NCBI RefSeq assembly: GCF_001194135.2
Contig: NC_069003.1
Coordinates: forward strand, 32,756,263 to 32,820,262
Length of the DNA: 64,000 nucleotides
Reading direction: 5' to 3'
From: Octopus bimaculoides
Lineage: Eukaryota
How positions within the stretch are numbered: the stretch's first letter is position 1; each line of letters begins with the position of its first letter. The notes under the pieces were generated by a model. It made no database searches, was not told the DNA's origin, and saw only the letters and a program-made list of their open reading frames with translations. Below, one piece after another: positions 52,307-64,000 of the stretch. The translations under genes were made by a program, and so were the position numbers.

Positions 52307-55300
52307 TATATGTATGTATAAATAAAAGATCAATGAACTGTCTTGTCCACTGAGAAAGTTCTTCTAGTTTCAAATATTGTTGCATGATGTCTGTCAAGGG
52401 ATTAATATCACATTGATTGGAAATTATGTATAAATTATAACTCAGAGATTGATAGAGTTGAAATTGCTTAGCCTGCGGTCTGCATTTTAGCCTTGACCAG
52501 CCTGTCTTTTATTCAAGCATAGTATATTCTGGACTACATTATCTGGTGTATCCTTTCTATTTTTAGAATGCTTGCATGCAATTTGAGGAAATATAATTGT
52601 TGTTTCTGGCTGGCTGAATAATGATGAAGAATTGGGTTTTTTTTCTCCTCCACCCCCTGGTTTGGGATGCTTATCTTCATTTTAGTGGGTACTGGGAATG
52701 AAAATTCTCATGGCCCACTTGATACTTTCTTGAAATGGGTTTATTTAAACAAACATTTTCAAAATTTTATCAAAAATTAAAGATTCTAATGAAAAGTAAA
52801 AATGAAAGATACTACTGTTATTGCAACGATAATATTTCATGTTGAATCAACGATCATTTATTTATTATTGTAATAATAGCATGAGAAAGCAAAAGGCTTT
52901 CAATTCTGTCAGTATACAAGCAGCCCTCAAAAGACTCTCTGTCATTAAAGTGGCCCGCAATGTAATCAGAGTTGGCCAGGCCTGGGCTAAACCCTTCAAA
53001 GGGATGCCCCAGCATGGCCGCAATCCAATGACTGAAACAAGTAAAAAATAGAAGATAAAAATGTTGATTTAGAAGCTTCTCTTACTGGGTTGCATGTTTC
53101 AGTCATTTGTATTTCCTTAGACGTGTAATACACACGGATGACTGATTGGTGGGTGAGGAGGGAAGAACTGCCACAATCCCTTTTGGTGGTAGAGTATAAT
53201 AACTGCGTCGGAGGCAGGATAAAGAAGTCTCAAAATCAAAAGTAATCAGGTAAGATCTTGGGATACACGGTAAGAGGATAAATGTGTGACAGTGTGAGGT
53301 TGATAATGCCCTATTTAGGGCATTGTCAGAGGCAACAGATGTGAACTTGATGACAACAATGACAATGAGAGGTTTTTAATGTTTAGAGGAATCAAGATAC
53401 TTTGTATGCTTATTATAACAACTGTGTTCTATAGATTTCAATATTGATATAGTTTGAGTTCACAAATGGTGTATACATATTCACACGTTTATATATGTGT
53501 GTGTGTGAATGTGGTTACATATATAGTGTTTCTGTGCATATATAAAATTAAGAAGATTTAGAGAACTGCTTTCATAAGCTGATTTTTTTTCTCATCTTCA
53601 TCAAACCTCCCTTAATCTCTTAAATTCTTTTTTTTTTTTTTTTTTACTCCCAATAATACAAAGCAGTTTAATTGTTGCTCTTATTATACACATATAATTA
53701 TATATACACTTTTACTAATTGGGCTGTGGCCATGCTGCACACCCATTGCTGTTGCATCTGTTTCAACAGCCTTCCTTCTGTGGTTAGTTTTTTGGTGACT
53801 GAGGAAATTTGGTACAGCTTTACTCGTTTGCATACATACATACATTTACTTGTTTGCATACATACATTTTATGTACAAAATCTATAGTTGTTTCCTCCAC
53901 TCATTTATGTTGAAAATTTTTCAAAGTGTCAACAATTTTAGATCAAATGAACCTGCCTTCTCAACTCCTCCTCTCTAATCCTTAAAGAACTAATGAACCA
54001 CACTCACAGTCAATGTTTCAACCCACTCTTACACACACACACACACACACACATCAAAGAACGTACACATCTTCTTACTGAAAGATAAATCAGTTGTTGC
54101 CAATAGAAGTTAGCAGTTGCTTAGACTTCCACCGCCAATCTTGAATCCTAGCTTTTATGCTATCATTAGCACTATCTCCAAAACTATGCATGTTACCTAG
54201 GTAACAGAACGTCTACCACTTCAATCCAACTATCTCACCAGTTTATGATGTTCAGTTCATACTGTTAACTAGCCTCAGTGCACCTAAATGTCTGGCTTCC
54301 CCACTACCTGCCATCATGCTGTTAGACATCTCACTGTGTTGTTAGTGCATCTCTATCTTTTTAGTTTTATTTTATCCCTGTAAATATTGCAAAGCCTCAT
54401 CTTTGATGTGACTTTCTGATGTCAGCTAGTTACAGCCTTGTTTGTTGTGAAAATAGATTCTTTTCATTTTCCCCTTTGCTTGTTTTAGTCATTGGACTGT
54501 GGCCATGCTGGGGTACTGTTTTAATGGAACAAGTCGACTTTAGTACTTCCTTTTTTTTTCCTTCTTAAGCCTGTTGTTGGTCAGTGGTTCAGCAAAAGTA
54601 CCAGGCCTAAGAAGGAAAAAAAAGGAAGTACTAAAGTCAACTTGCAGTTGAGGTTTTGTGACTGCCTTATCTAAAGCCTCTAGAAGTGGCTTCCTCTTGA
54701 GCCAGTAAGGCATAAGTTACAGTAGAAAAGGGGAGGTAACCAATATGGCAAGACTTGACAAGGATATTTTATTTTAATTTAATTTAATTTAGCTATATAA
54801 TGAAAGATAGAGATCTCCACCTTTTATTATGTAGCTAAATTAAATTAAAATTAAATGTCCTTGCCAAATTGTTTGCTTCTCCTTTTCTACTTTAACCTGT
54901 GTGTGTTATGTATAGATACAACTGGGTTCATTTTCAGTTTCTGTCTACCAAATCCACTCACAAGTCTTTGGTCAGCACTGACCTGTAGAAGGGACTTGTG
55001 CAAGGTACTTCACAGTACAATGGAACCTTGGCCATGAAGTTGGGAAGTAAACCTTTCAGTTAACAGCCATGCTTGCTGTGTGTCTATGTATATATATATG
55101 TGCACATATATAAGTACGTATATATGTGTGTGTGTGTGTGGTACGTGTGTGTATATGTCGATATGTACATGTCAACATATGCAGTAAAGATATGTTTATT
55201 CTTACCAGATATTTCCCTCATAAATATCACACCAGGCTTATGAAAATCATCTTCAGTTTGTACAACATTGTACCCACCTACATAAATATACTGTAGCATA

Positions 55301-55565
55301 TTTTTAACCGAGCTTTCTCCTGCACCAGTACAGCTATGCCACTTTTCACTTCCTTTTGATACCTGATACACTAGTTAATACTCGTTATTTCACCTTTATA
55401 GCAGTTAGTGATACTATAATAGTCATGAATGGGTAATAGCTTCCTGCATAATCTCACCAGCTACACATGATACAAAAGCCCATTTTGATGCTTTTATCAT
55501 TACAGCAGCAATCCCTTAAGCCCCTGCTCTGCTATTCCTCTCTTCTTATACCCCATATATATATA

Positions 55566-55617
<52 letters not shown>

Positions 55618-56829
55618 TATACATGCACACAGATGCTGTATTGCCTCTCCAACTGTCGCCTTATTGCTTTTTGACACTATTACAAATTTACTGTAGTGCT
55701 CAAAGTTATATGGGTGTTAATAATTGCTATGAACGCATTAAAAAAGATTTTAGTTGTGTCAAAAAGCACCAACCTAGACTTAGAATTACGTACGACAGCA
55801 CGAAACAGCAGTTTAATTGTTGTTATCTCTCTCTCCCCTCCTCTCTCACTCTCTATCTATCTCCCTCTATTTCTCTTTATATAATATATTATATATAGTG
55901 TCTATAATATATGTATTATATGTTTTCTATATTATATTATATTATCATATTTAGAGTATATAATAAATATATATATATATATATATTATATACTCTAAAT
56001 ATGATATATAATATAAAATATGATATACATATATAAATATGTATATATGTATAAATAAGTATATATAAGTAAACACATATATTTGTACCCAAATTGCTTA
56101 ATTTAACATAGTTCACTTTTATTTTTATAGTAACTATTTTTATAATTTGAGCTACCTAATAGTTTCATAGTTTCATGTTAATCTAGAATACATAATTATT
56201 CAAATCTAATAATCCAGAAGAGAAAGTTCCTATTTGTAAGAATTATTTGATTATTTTCTCTAATATTCTATAGTCTTCTATAATGGTTTTTGTAAAAAAA
56301 TTGGTGACAATATACGTTTTGTGTCATGGTACAAAAAAAAAAATGAGTAATACAATTTCACAAGAATAAAATTTAGTATCTAGTAGTTTAGCATTTTAGC
56401 AATGGCATTAAATATTATTATATGTTCAGTGAATTTACATAAGAAAAACTAATTTTAATATTATGGGTTTTAGTATTTATGTGAGGTTTATGATATTTAA
56501 TATTTATATTAAAATTTGCAGTGATTTATTATTTTTGTAGTAACACTTGCTTTACAAGATGGTATTTGGTGGCGCTGAAAATAAATGCGAAGCTTCTTAT
56601 AAAGAACAATACTGTGACACTGATAACAAGAATTCTCTGGATAGTATGTCTTTTACCTTATATTTACCTGAACTTAGTGAGACACTTAAGCATTTAGTAA
56701 TGTATTGTCAAAATTTGATCAACTGCTGCTTCGCAATGAGTAAATTTAGTAGAACTGAAGATGTTAGTATTCCTGCCTTTTGAGTGGAATACAAGTGCAT
56801 GCGTGCACACACACACACACACACACAGT

Positions 56830-57030
56830 GATTGCTCCATCTTCACAGATGTTTGCCATCTCTCTGCGTTTCCTTGTTGTCAGTGACATTTCTGACTTTC
56901 CATCCATGAACCCCCAGATCACTGTTCAGTCCTGCTGCTGAACAGCAAGGTTTGAAACATAGGGGACAGGTGGCAGTTCTAACTTCCACTGAATTCATTG
57001 GGCCCACTTTGAGGGATATGATCTTCATGT
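56830..57030 (-). mobile_element. RTE-type LINE 3' end with zinc finger and (TG)n tail
   Basis: TCPLCFKPCCSAAGLNSDLGVHGWKVRN, then ggagcaatca and (tg)n. Confidence 0.65.
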
Positions 57031-57159
57031 ACTGGCATATAGCTTTTCAGACCTGAAATTGACTTACACACCTGGAATCACATGGTCTAGGAGGGAGGAT
57101 GCTGTATACAGTTGCTATTTCATGGGACATATGTACATATGTGTACACACACACACACA

Positions 57160-57480
57160 CATAATGATTGCTCCTTCTTCACAGATGATTGCTGTCTTTG
57201 TGTTCCCTTGTTGTCAAAGACATTTCTGACTTTTCACCCATGGCCTCTCAGCGGGACTTATTCGGTCCTGTTACAGATTTGCATGGTTTGAAGCAGAGGT
57301 GACAGACGGAAGTTGTCACTTACTGTGCACTTCCAGCTCGTTAGGCCAACACACATGCTGCCACTCTTCCATTGCCGTAGGACTTTCAATAGATGGAATG
57401 AAAAATGGGGTCACCACAAAGAGACATCCGTACATTGTTGGATTTATGGTGATATGCACCTGTACAACACAGATACCCCT
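57160..57480 (-). mobile_element. Second copy of the same LINE 3' end
   Basis: tgattgctcc.tcttcacagatg..ttccttgttgtca..gacatttctgactt shared with 56830 copy. Confidence 0.65.
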
Positions 57481-59429
57481 CACTGAGTCTCCATGATTAG
57501 TACCTAGTGACAAGCTGAAGCAAGATGGCCAGCAATCACATGCACACATACACAATCACATACATTCATACATACATACATACGTACATTCAAATACACA
57601 CATTACATGCACACACATATATGCGCGCACACACTCACACACACACATTTTCTATTAATATTTCAACCACAAACGTGCAAGCTTTCTTTCACTATTAGTA
57701 AATAATTCAGAGCTTCTATGTATGATCCATTAATGGTGAAATAAAACATGCAAGCTTATATAACCTAATAATAAAGATACTGCACTCTATTATTTCTTGT
57801 ATTTAGTATATAAAACAATAACTGTTGTAGCTTCTTTTTCTTAGTGTCCTTAATGGGTCACTTGGTTCTCTTTGTAGAATGAGTGTATCATGAATGGCTC
57901 AGTTAGGGAAGGGCCATTTCTCTGCCTGTATTATGCTCTACATATTGTATTAATGGTGAAGTGGATAATTGCAGGGTGAGAATGTCGAGCTAATAGACAT
58001 TATATTTAAGAGATGTAAGACTTGTCAGTTTGCTTCATGGTCCCAGCAGACAAAAAATGGAAAAGGTGTTACTCCAGAGGATGGCGAGGGATATGCACTG
58101 GAACGGAACAGTCACTCCAACTCATGGGGCTTACACTTTCAGATAGCCATCTCTGCTTTGATAGCAATGAGCTGAGATGTCGTCTGGGGGGGGGGGGCGT
58201 TGATGAAGACCAGAGGCCTCCACTGCTACAAGCTTGACAACTGTTAATTCAGAACTTAAAGCAGGACGTAATGCCACTAAGCATTTTGTCCATCATGCTA
58301 ACGATTCTGCCAGCTCACTGTTTTATTTCAACAGAGATTTGGTAACAAAATGGGTCAAGGGACAGCTATTTCTGTTAAGACTGGCAGTTGCATAGAAGCC
58401 TCCCTTAAACAAGATTCGTATTACAGATATTTTTAGTCTCCAGGTCACCAAAATCTACAATCAGATGTGTTCCAATCCTAAGCATTGCATTTTTTTCTCT
58501 CAAATTCTTTGGTTTATGACAAAACAACAACTATCACAACTCAAAGTGACCTGCAGAATCACTGTCCCAGTTTTACTAACAGAGTGAACTACATTTGTTA
58601 TAAGTGGATCGAAGACTGGTAAATAGTAAAGAAAATATCACATTTCTCTGATCAAACCTATCTATTGATACAACAGCTTATCCATTGCCTAGCTGTCTTC
58701 CTGATTATCTGTTTAACCTATTAACCTAATCTAATATTATCCAATCTAACCCAACCCAAAATAATACAAAGCAGTTTGTATGTGTGGTGTGTGTGTGTGT
58801 GTGTGTGTGTGTGTGCATGCATGGCATACTATATAAATGGTGTTTGGACGTGTGTACATTTTTTTTTTTCATTTTTTTTACTTGTTTCAATCATTGACTG
58901 TGGCCATGCTGGGGTTTCTGCCTTGAAGGGTTTAGTTGAACAAATCAACCCCAGGGCTTCTTTTTAAGTCTGCTCCTTATTCTGTCAGTCCTTTTCACAA
59001 CACCACTCAGTTGGAGAGACATAAACAAACCTAGACTGGTTGTCAAGTAGTGGTGGGGTATAAACACAAGGACTTCCACATGCATATACATACACACAAG
59101 TGTGTTCTGTCATTGATTACACTCTGGATTCTCTTGACAAGAAAACATATATCCACTTGTTGTTGTTTAACTCTCTTGGTCAAACCTGACCGAGCAGATC
59201 TATATTTAAAAGCTTTCCAGCACTGGTAATCCAGTCTCTTGCAGCCATAGTTCAGCTTAGATTGTATTCATCGTCATCATCAAATGTCCATTTTCAAGTT
59301 TTTTTTGTTTTCGTTTTTTCTATCTTTGGCTGTGAATATTGTCCTGAAAAATTTGACATGTATGCCAGAGGGTACAGTATTGAAAATTTGCCACTAAAAG
59401 TGTATGAGGAACCCATTTTCCCTCCTTTG

Positions 59430-59900
59430 AAACCTATCTTAGCTTCTTGAAATGATTATGGACAGTCATAATCTTAACATTGAATTCAATGGAAAGTTCT
59501 CTTATGGTTACAGTATGATTCCTCACAAGTGTTACCTTTAACCTTTTGTTGTCCAATTTGGAAGGATGACCTGATATAAGGTTCCTCAAGCATATTAAAA
59601 TTGCCATGTCTGAATTTTTCAATCCACCTTTCCAAAGTTCTTCCGTTCAATACATCTTGATCATTATAAAACTTTATAAATATCCTTGCCTGCTTCAATT
59701 GCATTAGAACCTCAATGAAACTTGTAAATCAACCATGTGCAACCTGCAGTCTGCAAGACTTTCTGAATGGCATGCCTGATGAAAAATTACCTTGAAATTT
59801 TTCAGTAGCAGAGCACACCTGATGGTGATGAGTTATGCCTCGTGCAGCCTGCTTCTTGAAAAAGGTTACCCGTGTCTGTTGTAAAGTATATCACAAATAT
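59430..59900 (-). mobile_element. mariner transposon 5' part (decayed)
   Basis: DVLNGRTLERWIEKFRHGNFN/SGHPSKLDN.RLK..TIRELS.EFNV..TVHNH; 59730-59860 is homologous in reverse to 46600-46760. Confidence 0.75.
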
Positions 59901-62900
59901 GCACTTTGCTTTGATTCCGTGATAAGTTCTTTACATAGAAAATTAATGGACTAAAATGTGGTTGTTGCTCTGCAGGAACTCATGAAATGATCATGAATCA
60001 CTGAATGCCACTAGTATTTACAGCCTAGAACAACAACAAAAAAAAAAATCTGTTTCAACATGTTCATTCTTGTAAATCAGACAGAACTTTCTATATGGCC
60101 TGATATATGCATTTAACCTCCCTGGGTGGCACAGACTCAAGAACACCTTGAATAATTTCACCTGTTCATTTCTAGTTTTTACACAGAGAGAGAGAGAGAA
60201 TGTGTGTGTGGGTGACAGCAAATTGTGAAAAATGTAATGGGCAGCCAGCACTGATTTTTTTTACTAATTTGCATGTTAGTACATTCATTGGCAATGCATA
60301 TACACAGGACTGCTTTGGTCAGTCAGTCCCTGAAATGCACGATTTCACAAGAAACATACTAACTTTGTTCACATTCAATTTGAAGGAAGTGAGCCATGCT
60401 CTAGTATAAGGGAGATAATTCTAACCCCTTCCTCCATCATTCATTTTTGTTTTGTAACAGAATCATTTGTAGATTCGGCTTTTAACTCAAACAAATGGCA
60501 ACAGTATATTATATGAACTAGCATGGTTGTGTGATAAGATGTTTGGTTTCAGTCCCTCTATATGATATCTTGGGTAAGTGTCTTCTACTATAACCTTGGG
60601 CCAACCAAAAACTTATGAGTGTATTTGGTAGATGGAAACAAAATAAATCTGTTGTGTGTGTGTGTGTGTGTGTTACCATCTCCTTGCCTTGATGTTGCAT
60701 GATTGTTGTAAGCGAGTTTCACTGTCGTGCAAGTGGTGTCTTTCATTCCCAATCTTCCATGAAAACATGTCTGGTTATGAAGAAATATTACCTTACTTGG
60801 AAACAGGTGAGGGTTGGCAACGGGAAGAGCATTCAGCTATAGAAAATTTGTCACAACAAAATTCCACCCAGCCCATGCTAATCATGGAAAAGTAGACATT
60901 AAAATGATGGTGATGATGATTAAGAGTTAATTAACTGAGGTAGAGAGGTATGGCATCATATTTGTGGATAAGTTGTCAAATTACAAGTGTATGTTTAATA
61001 AATACAAGTATATATTTGATACGTTTAAGCGTGCTATGCAAATTGACGCTGAGGTCAAAGCAGAGGGTTAAATATATGTGTTTATTAAATATTCAATGTA
61101 AATATATTTACAGCTTTATGCATTTAAGATATATGATTCCTATTAAAACATTAGCAGCTTAATCCAATTTATGAAAATATGTTGAGAACATGAAATTGTT
61201 AAACATGTTTCATGCACATATAAAGTATCAAGACATGGAAGGCCTTAGTTGACAGGAAATGGGAAGCATGTTTGAAATTGAGTAGTTTTTCTCTTATTAT
61301 TATCAGAAGCCAAAGCAAAACAGTGAGCTGGCAGAATCTTTAGCATACTAGAAAAATTGCTTGGTGGCATTTCTTTTGGTTCTGAGTTCAAATTCTGAGG
61401 TCAACTTTGCTTGTCTTTTTTTTTTTATTTTTTTTTTTTATAATCAATTTTTGACAGGTGATACTACTTTGGGTCACTATTGTAACAATAGTGGCTAAAA
61501 GATGGTTGCACACTCCTTGAAGCCCTGGACCTTCTGAACCAGGAACCCACTATTTGATGCGATTTAAAGTCAGACTGAGGACTAACGGGTACAGATACTC
61601 CGGTCTTATTAAACAGATGACAAGGCATTGTGTTATACACCCCACCACATACACACGCATGCCCATGCACACAGTGAGCTTCAGGACAGTTTCCCTCTTT
61701 CAGAGTGTATTTCTCTTGGATGTGTCAATATATTTGCCATTTCTGACACGCACATAAGATAGGTTTCTACTTATTTTCTCTCTTCTAGATTTCACTAAAA
61801 ATACTTTGTTTATCCCAAGACAATGGTAAAAGACACTTTCTCAAAGTGCTGTGGAATGGAACCCAGAATCATGTGGCTGTGAAGTAAACCTCTTTATCAC
61901 ACAGTCATAATCTGTGCCCTTTCTGTCTATAAGATTATCTTTTATAACTCAGATTGCTTCATCAAAGGCAATGCTTATTCATTCACATTGTTTTGAATTA
62001 ATCATGCATTGCCTGTAGCTTTGAGGTTTCGATGATGTAATTGTTTATTTCTAGAATGACATTACAGGGTAGGTGTAAGAGGCCTGATCTGGCTGATTTG
62101 AACATAATACTGGTTGCCGGATATGGCCAGTTTAAATGCTAAAGGATAAGGAAAAAAAAAAACAACTACTACTGGTAAACTTTATCCATGGAAGTAGTTG
62201 CTATGAAGGTATTGTAAACCTTTCTTGTATAAAGTAGTCGCCTTTCTTTCCTGGTATCTATTAATATCTGTCTACCAATCAACTGTCTTCATAGAAGTAG
62301 AAATTATGTTGTAAATTGATTTAGGCAGAAATCAATATATTGATTAGAATCTAATTGCATAACTTTTCTCATGACTGGAAGACTTATTTGAAGACTGGAT
62401 TTTTTTTCTGGAGAATTAAAAAATGAGGTCTTTTAAAAAATTAAAATTTTGCTAGCCAGCAGCGCTTTTTAGAAATAACAGCTAAATCTCCTTCAAATTA
62501 TACTTTATTGTCCTTAGTAAAAGTAAGTACTGTTGCATGCCCTAGAACTCACAGAGTTAGATATCAGGTTTCCATGGTGTATAGCTGACCAAGAGCACAT
62601 TTCAACCTGGATGGGATTCCTGTCCATTGCAGGGTTGCTCGTTTACAGCTGCATGGACTGGAGCAACATAAAAATGAAATGTTTTGCTCAAGAACATCAT
62701 GCACCATCCAATCATGGAAAATGAAATCATGGTCTTGTGATCGTGGGTTAAACGACCTGACCACTTGGCCACGCACCTTCAAATTTTTTTTGGGGGGGGG
62801 GGGACAAAAAACAAAAACGAGGAAAGGACACTTTGGATAACATAGTTGTAAATATACTAAATGACTGGAAAGACACAGATAATATAGTCCTAGGTACCTA

Positions 62901-63440
62901 TACTATACTCCACAATTCTACAAAAATGCCACTATTTGGTCACAGTATGCTAGAAATAGCAGTCAAATCTCCCTTGAACCATACCTCATCTAGATAGTAT
63001 AGTCCTAAGTACTGCTTACAAAAACTACTATGCACCTCAAGTCAACACAGATGCCAACAGGTGATCGCCCAACATGCTAGAAATAGCTCCAAATCTCCCT
63101 CAAACTACTCCTCCATCGTCTTGAAAACGAGAAAAGGTACATTAGTTAATGTAATCCTAAAATTTAAAAAAAAATGAGGTTAGAAGGAGAAACCTGAGAG
63201 GACTAATGTCACATGAGACAACACAGTATAAGATATAGGATCCAATAAAGAAACCTGCCTCTCAGGCACGGGGAGTTTTTTTTTTTTTTTTTAACCAGAG
63301 GCAGATTTCAAGTGTATATGAAGATTTGAACCTGTTGGGTGTATCTGTGCTGAGTAAAACACTGAATTTCTAATTTCGATAGGGATTCAAGTTATATAAA
63401 ATTACTGTTTTGAACTTAACCTCTTCGGTACCAATCTGCC

Positions 63441-63819
63441 TGCCGGGAGGCGCAATGGCCCAGTGGTTAGGGCACCGGACTCGCGGTTTCAATTCCCAGA
63501 CCGGGTGTTGTGAGTGTTTATTGAGCGAAAACACCTAAAAAAGCTCCACGAGGCTCCGGCAGGGGATGGTGGCGAACCCTGCTGTACTCTTCCACAACTT
63601 TCTCTCACTCTTACTTCCTGTTTCTGTTGTGCCTGTAATTCAAAGGGGTCAGTCAACCTTGTCACACTGTGTCACGCTGAATATCCCCGAGAACTACGTT
63701 AAGGGTACACGTGTCTGTGGAGTGCTCAGCCACTTGCACGTTAATTTCACGAGCAGGCTGTTCCGTTGATCGGATCAACTGGAACCCTCGACGTCGTAAG
63801 CGACGGAGTGCCAACAACA
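63441..63819 (+). mobile_element. Family N tRNA-derived SINE, intact, with target-site duplication
   Basis: A box tggcccagtgg, B box ggtttcaattcc, (CAA)n tail; 11-bp duplication accaatctgcc at 63430-63440 and 63820-63830. Confidence 0.85.
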
Positions 63820-64000
63820 ACCAATCTGCCCGAGACTGGAGAATTTTGTGTTGGTTTATGTTCCAAGTATAAGCTTAATGCATGTTGATAGACATTTCAG
63901 GTAAGTGGGTTAGTGGATTGGCGTAATTTAAGGGATTTTGGCTGTTATTTCTAACAGACCAAGCAACTACATGCAAGAAGAATGAGGACTCTCTTTAGTA

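Noticed and set aside
56547-56783. 78-aa ORF MVFGGAENKCEASY..
   Set aside because: No recognisable domain; splice signals allow three incompatible frames; kept only as a weak exon candidate

Overview
AT-rich, repeat-dense animal genomic DNA with seven N-gaps and many (TA)n, (CA)n, (GA)n and (GATA)n microsatellites. The repeat families look like those of an octopus genome (inference from recalled repeat sequences, not a database search). Most of the window is interspersed repeats: at least five SINE-like families, 3' fragments of RTE, CR1/Jockey-like and CRE non-LTR retrotransposons, Penelope-like remnants carrying minimal hammerhead-ribozyme motifs, decayed mariner, maT and pogo transposases, and several MITEs. 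No complete or nameable gene is visible, and almost all ORFs in the track come from microsatellites or transposons. Splice signals and by-eye CpG domains suggest up to three minus-strand genes with 5' ends near 12.9, 28.9 and 41.9 kb. One would start with a type II signal anchor (exons 2201-2308, 1839-1889) and one would contain a 13-nt microexon (40299-40311). The most notable observations are the hammerhead motifs, the microexon and antisense-overlapping exon candidates, recurrent local fold-back palindromes, and nested or tandem SINE insertions with target-site duplications. All gene models are unverified.
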